Shown: positions 9,836 to 19,519 of the stretch, one piece after another
Numbering within the stretch: the stretch's first letter is position 1
How the letters are laid out: the number at the start of each line of letters is the position of its first letter
DNA from: a virus
Lineage: Duplodnaviria > Caudoviricetes
Virus record (IMG/VR): IMGVR_UViG_3300020352_000789
Coordinates: 7,929-71,928 of that record
Strand: one strand, 5' to 3'
Length of the DNA: 64,000 bases
Notes under the pieces: generated by a model
Databases searched by the model: none
What the model was told of the DNA's origin: nothing
Seen by the model: only the letters and a program-made list of their open reading frames with translations
Program-made: the position numbers and the translations under genes

Positions 9836-10618
9836 TCATTGTGCTGCTTTGGCTGCTTTTATAGCTTCACTAAGCACTGTTTTAACTTTTTCTATCCACT
9901 CTACATAATCGCTTACTCTTGTGCTACAACCAATATCTCCATAATCAGAATCTCCCTTACCATCAGTGGCAGAAACATAAGAGTGTATACCTGCTAATTT
10001 TTTATCTATAAATAAACCTCCGCCGCTATCTCCCGGACATATTAAAAACTCTAATTCTGTTTTATCTCCTGAGTGTACAGAGTACTGTAATACATTCTTA
10101 CTTACTCCGTCAATGATATTCGATCCAGCCCTTCTTTGATTATCAAAAGTACTCATAATCCATCCACTATTAAAATCTCCGTGATGACCGAACCCAGAAA
10201 GGCCGCAGACTTTATCAACTTCGTCTCTGTCTTTATACAATTCGGGATAAAAGTCTAATTTTATTGGTCTTTGCAATCTAGCTATAGCAATATCGTTTTT
10301 GCCCATAACACCGGACTTATAATCTCCGTGAACAGCTACGATTGAGCAAGGATATGCTTCATTTTTATATATTACATGCTGAGTTATGGAATTGTGTACA
10401 ACATGAGCAGCAGTTAGTATGTGATATTCATCTATTACTACGCAAGACCCCCTAAACTGCGCATTTAAATCATTATTCATGACTCCTAATATGGGTAAAA
10501 CACACTCATATTTCTCTCCGTACTCTAAATATTTAGCGTCAGAAACGGTAGGGTCAATAGTTCCGCAATAAGCCTGAATAGGCAAAAGCAATAGTATTGC
10601 TACAATAAGGTATTTCAT
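9836..10618 (-). CDS. Secreted trypsin-like (S1) serine protease
   Basis: Signal peptide; LTAAH, DIA, GDSGG triad motifs. Confidence 0.92.
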   Translation of the reverse strand: MKYLIVAILLLLPIQAYCGTIDPTVSDAKYLEYGEKYECVLPILGVMNNDLNAQFRGSCVVIDEYHILTAAHVVHNSITQHVIYKNEAYPCSIVAVHGDYKSGVMGKNDIAIARLQRPIKLDFYPELYKDRDEVDKVCGLSGFGHHGDFNSGWIMSTFDNQRRAGSNIIDGVSKNVLQYSVHSGDKTELEFLICPGDSGGGLFIDKKLAGIHSYVSATDGKGDSDYGDIGCSTRVSDYVEWIEKVKTVLSEAIKAAKAAQ

Positions 10619-10637
10619 CTCAATACCCCTTTCATTA

Positions 10638-10958
10638 TTATTTGAAGGGTTTATTTTTAACCTTATTATAATACACCTTAGAATCCTCTATAACATTAGT
10701 ATTCCAGCTTTTATAATTCATTAAATGGCCGAAAAGGAAATGACAGTATTTATCGCATAAAGTTATAAGATTATCAGGGTCTAGCTCTTTTGATGGGTCT
10801 AGATGAACCGGCACAATATGATGCACTTCCGGCCTTTTACAAGACCCACATGCCTGACAACATGGTTGTTTTTCTATATGTTTCTTTCGTAATGCAGACC
10901 ATCCCGGTGATCTGACGGCATATCTTACTTCTTTTCTGAATATAGATAATAAATTCAT
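10638..10958 (-). CDS. HNH endonuclease
   Basis: CQAC…EVHHIVP…NLITLC…CH. Confidence 0.9.
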   Translation of the reverse strand: MNLLSIFRKEVRYAVRSPGWSALRKKHIEKQPCCQACGSCKRPEVHHIVPVHLDPSKELDPDNLITLCDKYCHFLFGHLMNYKSWNTNVIEDSKVYYNKVKNKPFK

Positions 10959-10961
10959 AAT

Positions 10962-11645
10962 TTACTCCATTCTTTGACTGTGTGTTTTCCATATGTCATA
11001 AATATAGTTATGATATGATGTGTGTCTATTTTCTATCAAACTCATACCTTCATGTGTTTCGCATATATAGGGATCGAAAGTATATGATTTATTTTGTTGA
11101 TTCAGGTTTTTCAAAATATTATCAGCACAACACATAGGAAAACTTTTACAAATATTGTTGAAATATGCGTTTAAAATTTTATTGTAGTATTTAGAATTTA
11201 ATCCATAAGCTATAGTACCGAGCATTCTGCCTGATGTAGATAGTTGAGAAGATATCGGTATCAATTTCTCATGAGGACTACCTCCAAAGTACAAAATATC
11301 CCAATCCTTTGGTAATTCAGATAATCCGACCAACATCCTTTTATGGTAGTCTTGACTAAAAAAAGTATCATCTTCTATAATTAAGCAGTTATCGTACTGT
11401 TTGTCAACTGCGTCGTATACTGCTTTCATATGACTCAAAGAACATCCTAATACTCCTGCTTTTTTGAAATTGGTGTTGTTAAAATTTCCAGCAGGAGCAT
11501 CGACATATATAAATTCAACTCTATCTTTTATTTTTAAATTTTCAAAATGTTTAGATATAGTTGTTTTTCTATCTGAGGATTGAGGTAAAGATATACAGTA
11601 TATATGTTGAAAAAAATCAAATGGATTTTCTGATAAATTTACCAT
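10962..11645 (-). CDS. Glycosyltransferase family 25
   Basis: CISL…DRK, GCSLSH, IIEDD, WDILYFG. Confidence 0.85.
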   Translation of the reverse strand: MVNLSENPFDFFQHIYCISLPQSSDRKTTISKHFENLKIKDRVEFIYVDAPAGNFNNTNFKKAGVLGCSLSHMKAVYDAVDKQYDNCLIIEDDTFFSQDYHKRMLVGLSELPKDWDILYFGGSPHEKLIPISSQLSTSGRMLGTIAYGLNSKYYNKILNAYFNNICKSFPMCCADNILKNLNQQNKSYTFDPYICETHEGMSLIENRHTSYHNYIYDIWKTHSQRME

Positions 11646-11655
11646 ACATAATTAC

Positions 11656-12657
11656 TTACTCTAGTATACTAGCAGCAATTAAACATCCCTTAGATACAGA
11701 ATGAAGTGGATCGGCAGCGTGCTTGACTACTTCTATCTCTAAAGGGAAATCTGCTGCTAATAATTTCTCGTGTAGTTTCTCAATGTATCCATCTGCTTGT
11801 GATGTACCACCAGCAACTACAACTTTAATAGCATTTTTAAATTTAGGTAACGATTTGTGTCCAGCTAAAGCTGAAGATAATTGTTTGGCTGTATATTCTA
11901 CTAGTCTGTCGTAATAAGATGCTACTGCACTTAATACAGGACTATCGTTTGGTTCGCCTACTTTAAAACCACCACCTTCTTTCTCAACCTGAACAACACT
12001 ATCTGGTTCTCCGGTAGCTACGGCACTCATGCGGTCTACCCAATCACCTGACTTTGTTGTACTAAAGACTACGGTTGGTTCGCCGTTAAGCATAACACAA
12101 ACATTGGTCATACCTGCTCCACAACTAATACCAATTCCAGTATAATCGCTATCTTCTAATTCAGAATAACATAATGCTTCAGCTTCATTTACTGATCTAG
12201 CATCATATCCAACTTCTGATAAAATAGTCTTGACTACATCTTCATGGTAGCCTACGTCAAAATCATCATCTTCTTGATCCACTGGCTGCGCAGGAACACA
12301 GAAAACCAGCTTTTCGTTAGGTTCGCTTGCTTGACCTACAACTTCTTTTAGTATATAAGCCAATATTCTTTTCGCGTCTTTTTCTTTAACAGATACTACG
12401 CCTCTATACATAGGGCGGCGAGCAGTTTCATTTCTTTCTACTGCTTTTTCTATAGCGTCTTTTCCTAGTATTACAAAAGAACCATCTGTATCTTTAATAA
12501 ATATTTTACCCTTCAGACCTTTTTCTACCATCTTTGTAGCAATAGGTGTGGTTGGTTTAATTACATAAAAGGCATCTCTAAAGTCATTAAACTCGATTTT
12601 ATCTCCATTGTAAGAAGAAGCAACAATAAAACTTGTGCCGACATCAAGACCTATCAT
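11656..12657 (-). CDS. Actin-fold ATPase (MreB/FtsA/ParM superfamily)
   Basis: Phosphate-1 GLDVGTS, connect-1 NEAEA, phosphate-2 SCGAGMT, adenosine VAGGTS, connect-2 SKGC. Confidence 0.88.
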   Translation of the reverse strand: MIGLDVGTSFIVASSYNGDKIEFNDFRDAFYVIKPTTPIATKMVEKGLKGKIFIKDTDGSFVILGKDAIEKAVERNETARRPMYRGVVSVKEKDAKRILAYILKEVVGQASEPNEKLVFCVPAQPVDQEDDDFDVGYHEDVVKTILSEVGYDARSVNEAEALCYSELEDSDYTGIGISCGAGMTNVCVMLNGEPTVVFSTTKSGDWVDRMSAVATGEPDSVVQVEKEGGGFKVGEPNDSPVLSAVASYYDRLVEYTAKQLSSALAGHKSLPKFKNAIKVVVAGGTSQADGYIEKLHEKLLAADFPLEIEVVKHAADPLHSVSKGCLIAASILE

Positions 12658-12658
12658 A

Positions 12659-12964
12659 TTATTTACCTTTCATGCTTTTAAGTTTGTTTACAGAACTAGA
12701 AATATCATTTTTGACACTTTTAGATTCTGTCATTTTGTCAAATTTTTTCTCCATACCACCTGTGTCTACTTTTAAAACCACTTTTGTATCATCAATTTCT
12801 ATATTGCTATTTTGACCAGTATTCTTTCTGCCTTGGCTTTTCAAAAAGCTAGAGGGTTTGGTTTCTGTATGACTATTGTTCATAAATCTACCAACATATA
12901 GACCAGCACTAAAAATTAATATGGCTAAAGTTATTATCAGTAATATTTCTAAAGTGTTTGACAT
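12659..12964 (-). CDS. Small protein with N-terminal membrane anchor
   Basis: Hydrophobic EILLIITLAILIFSAGLYVG; ends 1 nt before actin ATG; GGAG RBS. Confidence 0.7.
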   Translation of the reverse strand: MSNTLEILLIITLAILIFSAGLYVGRFMNNSHTETKPSSFLKSQGRKNTGQNSNIEIDDTKVVLKVDTGGMEKKFDKMTESKSVKNDISSSVNKLKSMKGK

Positions 12965-12981
12965 TATATATCTCCAAAAAA

Positions 12982-13004
12982 AAATACACCGAAAAGGTGT
13001 ATTT
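12982..13004. terminator. Perfect hairpin AAATACACC-GAAAA-GGTGTATTT; probable minus-strand terminator
   Basis: 9-bp inverted repeat followed by a T-run on the minus strand, downstream of the SDR gene. Confidence 0.55.
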
Positions 13005-13037
13005 ATGGAGCAATCAGATAGTAGAATATGGCTAAAT

Positions 13038-13661
13038 TTAGCCGTTTATTTTATAGTTATTATTCTGGTCTAGAACGTGCAAGGTAGCTGTTTCTGTCCC
13101 CTCTATAAAGTTTTGCATACTGCTTAGGATGGTTTCGTAACTAACATAATAAGGAAAACTATTGGGACATATAGCATTGACTCTAACTTTGCCTGTAAAA
13201 GATTTAGCTAAATCCACAGTTATTCTATTCATGGCAGATTTGCAGGAACCATAAGTAGTTTGTGTAATGTCATAAAAATTTACTCCAGCAATACTAGATA
13301 TATTTAGTATGTTTTTATTTCTAGACCAATCGCCCTTTGTATTCCATTTTTTATATAAATAACAAGCTGATTCAAAAGGAACAACCAATCCTACATGAAG
13401 TTCCTGTAGAAATCCATGACTATATTCTTTTGGGTCGATCATATTATATGCATAGGCATTATTTATCCAGCAGTCTATATCTGGAATACTATCAATAATT
13501 TCGTTGCATCTACCCAGACCTTTATTAATATGATGATACTGGAAAGTATTATTTTTATTTTTTGTAGATATGCCATATATATTATAAGTGTTTTGGTAAC
13601 AACCAATAAACTGCTGACCTAATCTACCTCCACAACCAGTAATAACCACATTCTTTTTCAT
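13038..13661 (-). CDS. Short-chain dehydrogenase/reductase (SDR)
   Basis: TGCGGRLG, INNA, NISS, YGSCK; ATG overlaps ruvB stop (ATGA). Confidence 0.88.
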   Translation of the reverse strand: MKKNVVITGCGGRLGQQFIGCYQNTYNIYGISTKNKNNTFQYHHINKGLGRCNEIIDSIPDIDCWINNAYAYNMIDPKEYSHGFLQELHVGLVVPFESACYLYKKWNTKGDWSRNKNILNISSIAGVNFYDITQTTYGSCKSAMNRITVDLAKSFTGKVRVNAICPNSFPYYVSYETILSSMQNFIEGTETATLHVLDQNNNYKING

Positions 13662-14557
13662 GGACAACCGCCTCCTACTACTCTACCTTTAGGCGTTCTA
13701 ACTACATAACCCATTCTAACCATGTAAGGCTCAATATTATTTTCGATAGTTTCCATAGCAATACCTGTCATAGAAGATATACTTTTAATACCCAAAGGAT
13801 TACCTCTGTTTTTCTTCAACACCTCTAGGTATGAATTATCATTAGAATCAAACCCGTTTTCATCAATACCCTGACTATTATATATGTCATCAATAGTATA
13901 ATCATTATCTTCATAAAAAGAAGTATAATTTCTGTACCACTGTAGTCTAGCATTTAAAATTCTAGGAGTGCCTTTGCTTCTTCTAGCTATCTGAATCATT
14001 TGTTCTGGAGATACATCAACTCCTATCTTATCAGCGTTCGATCCTGCTAGTTCAGCTAACTCTTCAGCAGAATAAAACTGAAGATGTTCTTTAATTACAA
14101 ACCTATCATAAAAAGGCTGACTTAAACTACCTCCACTAGTAGTAGCACCTACCAAAGTAAATACTGGCAAATCAATAGTTTCTGGCTTTCCATCTGTAAG
14201 AATATCCATACGGTAATCTTCCATAACAGGATATAGAAACTCTTCTACTAGCTTAGGCAGTCTATGAATTTCATCAATGAATAAAACTGATCTGCCTTCA
14301 AGACCCATCAAGTACGGTATAATATTTTTAATACTTCTAATATTAGCTGCATTGACGGTATACAGATTAACATCCATCTCTTTAGCTATGGCGCTAGCTA
14401 TCGTCGTCTTACCGAGGCCGGGAGGCCCATCTATTAAAGTATGACACATAGCTTGTCTTGTTTTTTTACAGCCAGCTACGATGATCCTCAAGCGTTGTAC
14501 GACATCTTGCTGACCTACAATGCCGTCGAATGTTGACGGACGAACACAATTAGACAT
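13658..14557 (-). CDS. ruvB: Holliday junction branch migration ATPase RuvB
   Basis: RPSTFDGIVGQ, GPPGLGKTT, FIDEIHRL, GATT, GTPR, IEPY…RTPKGR; ATG at 14557. Confidence 0.93.
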   Translation of the reverse strand: MSNCVRPSTFDGIVGQQDVVQRLRIIVAGCKKTRQAMCHTLIDGPPGLGKTTIASAIAKEMDVNLYTVNAANIRSIKNIIPYLMGLEGRSVLFIDEIHRLPKLVEEFLYPVMEDYRMDILTDGKPETIDLPVFTLVGATTSGGSLSQPFYDRFVIKEHLQFYSAEELAELAGSNADKIGVDVSPEQMIQIARRSKGTPRILNARLQWYRNYTSFYEDNDYTIDDIYNSQGIDENGFDSNDNSYLEVLKKNRGNPLGIKSISSMTGIAMETIENNIEPYMVRMGYVVRTPKGRVVGGGCP

Positions 14558-14579
14558 TATTGCTCCAATTCTTATATAA

Positions 14580-14990
14580 CTAGTCTTTTTTAACCCAAAA
14601 AATAAAGTCGTTCTTTTCTTCATCAAACGCAGATTCTACTAATCCTCTGTTAACCAAGTTACGAACAATATTCGATATCATTCGTTCGCTTAATTGCCTC
14701 AATATAGTATCATAATCAGATTCTAAAATTGATGTTTTAATACTTAATGTTTTTTTATGTCTTTGTTGTCTCACAAAGGGTTTGAATATTGCTCTAGCTT
14801 CAGACAAAGAAAGAATACTGTTCATTTCTTGCTTTTGGTCTTCTGGCATGTTTTCTACTAATTCTAAAAAACCCGCATCAGAAACATCAGTGTATTCTTC
14901 TCCTAAATTTGCATATACAACTTTTCTACTAAAATTTATTAACTTATCTAAGTTAACTATATTCAACCATTGGTCGTCTTTGTTTTCCAT
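14580..14990 (-). CDS. Hypothetical protein (paralog of 38091-38453)
   Basis: Intact ORF in operon; C-terminal AFDEEKNDFIFWV. Confidence 0.7.
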   Translation of the reverse strand: MENKDDQWLNIVNLDKLINFSRKVVYANLGEEYTDVSDAGFLELVENMPEDQKQEMNSILSLSEARAIFKPFVRQQRHKKTLSIKTSILESDYDTILRQLSERMISNIVRNLVNRGLVESAFDEEKNDFIFWVKKD

Positions 14991-14997
14991 TTTATTC

Positions 14998-15390
14998 CTA
15001 ATTCATAATATCAAATAAAGATTTATAATATTGAGGTTGTGATAAAAAATGTTTAGCATGTGATCTGATATGAGCATTATACTGTTTATCTATTTCATTT
15101 ACTACAAAATATTTATTTTTCCATATAGGTTCTTGGAACGAATTATTCCCAAGATATGCAAAATATTTACTGTCTAATTGTTTTTCGCTTTTTTTATCTG
15201 ACTTACTATTGGTGACATACCAGACGTTATTTTCTTCTGTGATATCTTTCATGGCTTGTAATAGCCAAGATTCCCAAGCATCCCAATCAAACTTAAACTG
15301 TTTAGGATATCCGTATTCGTTATACTCATTAGGATAATTCTTAAATTCGTCGTCATCATATTCATAATGTTCTGGGTCTGGATCGTACAT
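14998..15390 (-). CDS. Hypothetical protein, acidic N-terminus
   Basis: GAGG RBS, intact ORF. Confidence 0.7.
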   Translation of the reverse strand: MYDPDPEHYEYDDDEFKNYPNEYNEYGYPKQFKFDWDAWESWLLQAMKDITEENNVWYVTNSKSDKKSEKQLDSKYFAYLGNNSFQEPIWKNKYFVVNEIDKQYNAHIRSHAKHFLSQPQYYKSLFDIMN

Positions 15391-15537
15391 AATATATACC
15401 TCATGCGATATAAGAAATGAATCTGACTATCTTTATAATACCCCGTAAAACTATATAATCAACCTTTAAAGAGGTGTGGTGGGATCGAACCACCTTAGCC
15501 CTAATTGCTCACCTACTATCACAGGAATCACAGGACA

Positions 15538-16389
15538 TTAAAATTCGTCGTAATTATCTTCATCATCATCGTCTTCAAACTGATCCCAATAATCCTCATT
15601 ATATTCATCATACACAGTTTGATATTCTTCGTCATCAACGTAAGAGTCTGCTTCAAACTCTGCCTTATAAAGAGGTTTTGGTAATTCACCCTGATAAAGA
15701 CCGACTACTTCATATTTGCAAGTGCGAAGTTTCTCGCAGTTACAGTCGCTGGGAACACTGACAACATCTTCAGGATTAATTTTAACAATTACGATATTAT
15801 CACCAGCATCAACATTACCATAGTTAGCAACATAGTTCAAGGCTCCCGCATGAAGACCTTGTGAGCATCCAACTTTACGATTGTCGTCTACCTTTGCTCG
15901 ACGCATTTCGCAGACCTGACCAACCTTATTGTCGAATGTTCCTTTCCACTTGTCTTTAAAATCACTATTGACTGCCTTGTATGCAAGGAAACATCCGTCT
16001 TCGGTGATAGGAAGATTCTCATGCTCCAAGAAGTCATACAATTCTTGCTGACTCTGCATACTTGGATTTTCCATAAGATTTTGCAAGAACTTTACAAGAG
16101 GCTCAAAAGGCAAACCCTTACTCATAAATTCTATAATTCTCTTACTGATGCTACCGTGAACTTCTTCACCTTCAAACATCACCTTGCCATTTACGATTGA
16201 TACTTGTCCGTCACTAAAACTAGCAACAGCTTTCTCAATGTCTACCAGTTCTAGCAACTCATCTTCTGTTGCTGTTGGTAGTGCTTCCAGAATCAGCTTG
16301 TAATTAGTATGATCTGGAATTACTTGGTGAGCCTTATTCTTTAAGATCACCGTTAAGTTACCGTCAACCCACATGAAAGGAACACTCAT
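15538..16389 (-). CDS. rIIB: rIIB-like protein
   Basis: LYDFL, PITEDGCFLAYKAV, CSQGLH, VKINPEDVVSVP.D…KLRTCKYEV; follows rIIA. Confidence 0.9.
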   Translation of the reverse strand: MSVPFMWVDGNLTVILKNKAHQVIPDHTNYKLILEALPTATEDELLELVDIEKAVASFSDGQVSIVNGKVMFEGEEVHGSISKRIIEFMSKGLPFEPLVKFLQNLMENPSMQSQQELYDFLEHENLPITEDGCFLAYKAVNSDFKDKWKGTFDNKVGQVCEMRRAKVDDNRKVGCSQGLHAGALNYVANYGNVDAGDNIVIVKINPEDVVSVPSDCNCEKLRTCKYEVVGLYQGELPKPLYKAEFEADSYVDDEEYQTVYDEYNEDYWDQFEDDDDEDNYDEF

Positions 16390-16412
16390 AATTAAACTCC
16401 TGTGATTAAAAC

Positions 16413-19058
16413 CTAAACCAAATTTCCTATTGCTGTTCTCAGTTCGCTGAGTTCAACATTGTCAAACCATTTGTCTCGACCATAGTAACCAGTGTTATGA
16501 ATATCTGTAGGGTCATTGGTCTTGATCCTCTCAACATCCAAATCATCGTTACTACTAACAATATACTTTAGTATCGGTGACTTGTCAATAGTATCTTTAA
16601 GAATTTTTCTAAGAGCATCCATTTTAGGCAGGGTCTTGATGATTGCCTGACTACGGGATTTGTTGCCAGTTGGCAACTCTTCGTAACCATACAGTTTCTT
16701 AAATTCAAAAAGCATATTGTTTAGTTTAAGCATTTTAGCATTAATATCCTTTGCACCTTCTGTGATATTATATACACTTGCTATATTGTCTACATGCTGT
16801 TCAAGTCTTTGTCTACTAAATACTCTAAGATTAAAGTATTCACTATTTGCAACTTGAGAAAAGTAGTATATAAGTAGCCACTGATCCATCGCCTGAGTGA
16901 CTGTCTCATCTTTAATATAATCCTTGTAGTCAAGGCCATAGATATTTAAAAGATTAGCCATTAGAACTCTATCTGAACGCTCTGGACTGCTGTGCCAACT
17001 TCTTTGCTTCTTAAAGTCTGAGGTAGAATATTCTTTATCACAATGATTAATGACTGCATCATACTTACCTACTTCTTGTCTTAATTTCTTAGACATTTTT
17101 GCAGCCTTACTCTTAAACCATTTATTAAAGCATACTAAGTTAATACCCTGCTTTTGTAACTTAGCTACTGAACTTTGTTTGATAGCATAGATGTTATATC
17201 TGCTAAACAAAATACTACCTAAAACATTATCCTTTTGTGCTAAACCATAGATGTTATGAATATTGGGATAGGGACTAACAGACTTATATCTAGTGATAGG
17301 AACATATATTACTTGTTCAGCATCTTCTAGTCCTTCTACCAGACTATCGCTCAGTTCGCTAAGTTGGGCAGAATCATTGAGATTATTACCGCTAAGATTA
17401 GAACACTCTTTCTTATTATAATCTTTAGAACTTTTTAGAAGAAAGATTTCGTCTTTACTAATCATACCAGCACCAGTGCCAGTTCTTCCCTTGGTGCTAG
17501 ATTGTAGCAGACTACGGTATTCAGAGATGTTCTTGACGTTCTCTTCGCCACCAATATCTTTAATAAGTTTAGCGAAACCCTCACCAGAATCTTCTGCTGG
17601 ATTTTGAGTGTCAACCATAAGATACGCCATGCAATCATTCTTATTACAATATCTGATAGCAATCTTCTTGGCAGTCTCAGGACTTCTAGTGTCACAGACA
17701 AAGAAGGCTAGAGGATTAGTCTTACGGGTTTTGTCCCAGTAGTTTGATGATCTGCCTTGTAAAGTCTCATGATGGATTTTATGTGTAAGATACAACATTC
17801 TCTTGGAACGATGACTAGCAGTACGATAATTAATAACATACAACTGTTTGTGTTTACCTAATTTATAATCTAAGTCTTCACCAGCAGACAAATCATGTTT
17901 CTTACCTTCTGCATTGACCCATTCTGCACCAGCAGTATATCCACCAGCAATATCAGCCAGCTTATAATATGTTTGGTAAGCATCTATAAGATTAGTACAC
18001 TCTTCAACCTTTGTTGACATATTGCTCTTGAGTTGTAGATAAATATCTTGGGTCTTTTCTCTAAGAGTTTTAATAACACCCTTAGTATACTGTAGACCTT
18101 CTCTACTAACATCCATCTCTAGTTCACCAATATTACAGGTGATCTCAAGATATAGACCAGAGTTTAATATCTCTTTGACTAGATTAGTCCAGTTGTCTAC
18201 ATCGGCTTTCTTGAATGCTCTATTCCATCGCTGAATAGCATCACTCTTTTGTTCTTGTTCTTCTTTGCCGATAATTTTATCGGAATCTACTGGGTACGCA
18301 ATATTACCCATGATAGCCACAATACCAGCACCGGGACTGTTATATGTACTAGGATATTTGTCGTCATTATCAGATATTCTACCAACACGCCAGTTAGTCC
18401 CTTCTACAATAGTATTAGTATGAGAATACTCATGGTTCTGAAGAAGTTTACAAGTACCACCCTCCATCATTGGCTTAGTCTTAAAGTAATGAAAGATTCT
18501 CTTAGACTTATTAGTAAACTCTTGGAAGTCGCTCTGCTTTACTGCAAAACTGATTTCAAGGCCATTAGGTTCATCAGTATGAGTGACCCCAAACAGACTT
18601 AGACTAGGCACTCCACCTTCATCCATAGCAGCTATGTAATTGTACGCTTTGCCATTGAAGAAAGAAGTTGTGCTAAAACTTTTAGTGTAAGCAAATGGAC
18701 TCTTAGAACCAAGACCAAGACAACCAGTAAAATCGTTACTGTCATTCTTGTTACTAGCCCCATAAGTTGTATAGAGTTCTTCCATATCTTCTTGAGATAA
18801 TCCAGTACCATAATCTCTCACCGTAAAGTTAGGGTTTGCTTGTGTAGGTAAACTAACCTTGAAAGGATTCCTGTTGCCTGATGCCACATGAGCATCATTA
18901 GCATTTGTAGAAAGTTCACGAATTACTGCCATTACTTTATCAGAATACAACGAGTCTGACAAAATCTTAAACATTTTGCTGGTTTGTGCAATGCTAAACT
19001 GATTACTAGCGTCAACACCGTTTGAATGAATTTCTACTGTACGATCTGCAAGTTTCAT
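16413..19058 (-). CDS. rIIA: rIIA-like protein with N-terminal GHKL ATPase
   Basis: LYSDK…AVIRELSTNANDAH, VRDYGTG, GLGSKSPFAYT, SREGLQYT. Confidence 0.9.
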   Translation of the reverse strand: MKLADRTVEIHSNGVDASNQFSIAQTSKMFKILSDSLYSDKVMAVIRELSTNANDAHVASGNRNPFKVSLPTQANPNFTVRDYGTGLSQEDMEELYTTYGASNKNDSNDFTGCLGLGSKSPFAYTKSFSTTSFFNGKAYNYIAAMDEGGVPSLSLFGVTHTDEPNGLEISFAVKQSDFQEFTNKSKRIFHYFKTKPMMEGGTCKLLQNHEYSHTNTIVEGTNWRVGRISDNDDKYPSTYNSPGAGIVAIMGNIAYPVDSDKIIGKEEQEQKSDAIQRWNRAFKKADVDNWTNLVKEILNSGLYLEITCNIGELEMDVSREGLQYTKGVIKTLREKTQDIYLQLKSNMSTKVEECTNLIDAYQTYYKLADIAGGYTAGAEWVNAEGKKHDLSAGEDLDYKLGKHKQLYVINYRTASHRSKRMLYLTHKIHHETLQGRSSNYWDKTRKTNPLAFFVCDTRSPETAKKIAIRYCNKNDCMAYLMVDTQNPAEDSGEGFAKLIKDIGGEENVKNISEYRSLLQSSTKGRTGTGAGMISKDEIFLLKSSKDYNKKECSNLSGNNLNDSAQLSELSDSLVEGLEDAEQVIYVPITRYKSVSPYPNIHNIYGLAQKDNVLGSILFSRYNIYAIKQSSVAKLQKQGINLVCFNKWFKSKAAKMSKKLRQEVGKYDAVINHCDKEYSTSDFKKQRSWHSSPERSDRVLMANLLNIYGLDYKDYIKDETVTQAMDQWLLIYYFSQVANSEYFNLRVFSRQRLEQHVDNIASVYNITEGAKDINAKMLKLNNMLFEFKKLYGYEELPTGNKSRSQAIIKTLPKMDALRKILKDTIDKSPILKYIVSSNDDLDVERIKTNDPTDIHNTGYYGRDKWFDNVELSELRTAIGNLV

Positions 19059-19100
19059 CTGCGATAGTCTCCAAAAAAGTTATTGTCCTGTGATAGCCTA

Positions 19101-19129
19101 AGTATATCATCGTCTATAGATGTTGTCAA
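19101..19129 (-). promoter_or_regulatory. Sigma70-like promoter of rIIA
   Basis: TTGACA-17-TATACT. Confidence 0.8.
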
Positions 19130-19216
19130 GCATTAATCTTTTATTCAGTCCAAATACTATCTACACACGGTAACAGAGGATATTCTAAATCTTCATCAGG
19201 TAATTCAAACCAATCT

Positions 19217-19519
19217 TCAAAATCCATGTGTATCTTCGTCAGGATCGTAGTCTTCGTATTCTTCTGGTTGAAAATCTTCGTCATTGTAGGGCGACCAATC
19301 TGTATTATAATCTTCTATTTGTCGCTCTATTTCTTCTTCTATAATTTCAGCAGCATCAAAGACAATTTCAAATTCTTGTATTTTATTAACAAGTAAAGAA
19401 AGATTTCTTTCTATCTTAGATAGTATTTTTTTGATATCTTTATTATCTTTTTGTATATCTTGTATACTCTTTTTATTATCTAGTATGGATTTGTGTAGTT
19501 TTTGATTATCTGTATCCAT
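19217..19519 (-). CDS. Hypothetical coiled-coil protein with acidic tail
   Basis: Coupled to upstream stop (TAATG). Confidence 0.65.
   Translation of the reverse strand: MDTDNQKLHKSILDNKKSIQDIQKDNKDIKKILSKIERNLSLLVNKIQEFEIVFDAAEIIEEEIERQIEDYNTDWSPYNDEDFQPEEYEDYDPDEDTHGF

Noticed and set aside
10638-10958. HNH as part of an intron or intein
   Set aside because: Free-standing; flanking genes are complete and unrelated, so there is no split host gene.
15465-15540. Possible tRNA (GGTTCGATCC T loop)
   Set aside because: Only a T-arm hairpin and short closing stem; no D arm or anticodon arm. Kept as a structured UTR finding.
15474-15761. Plus-strand 95-aa His-rich ORF
   Set aside because: Antisense to the acidic rIIB tail (GAT/GAA codons read as CAT/TTC); no RBS.
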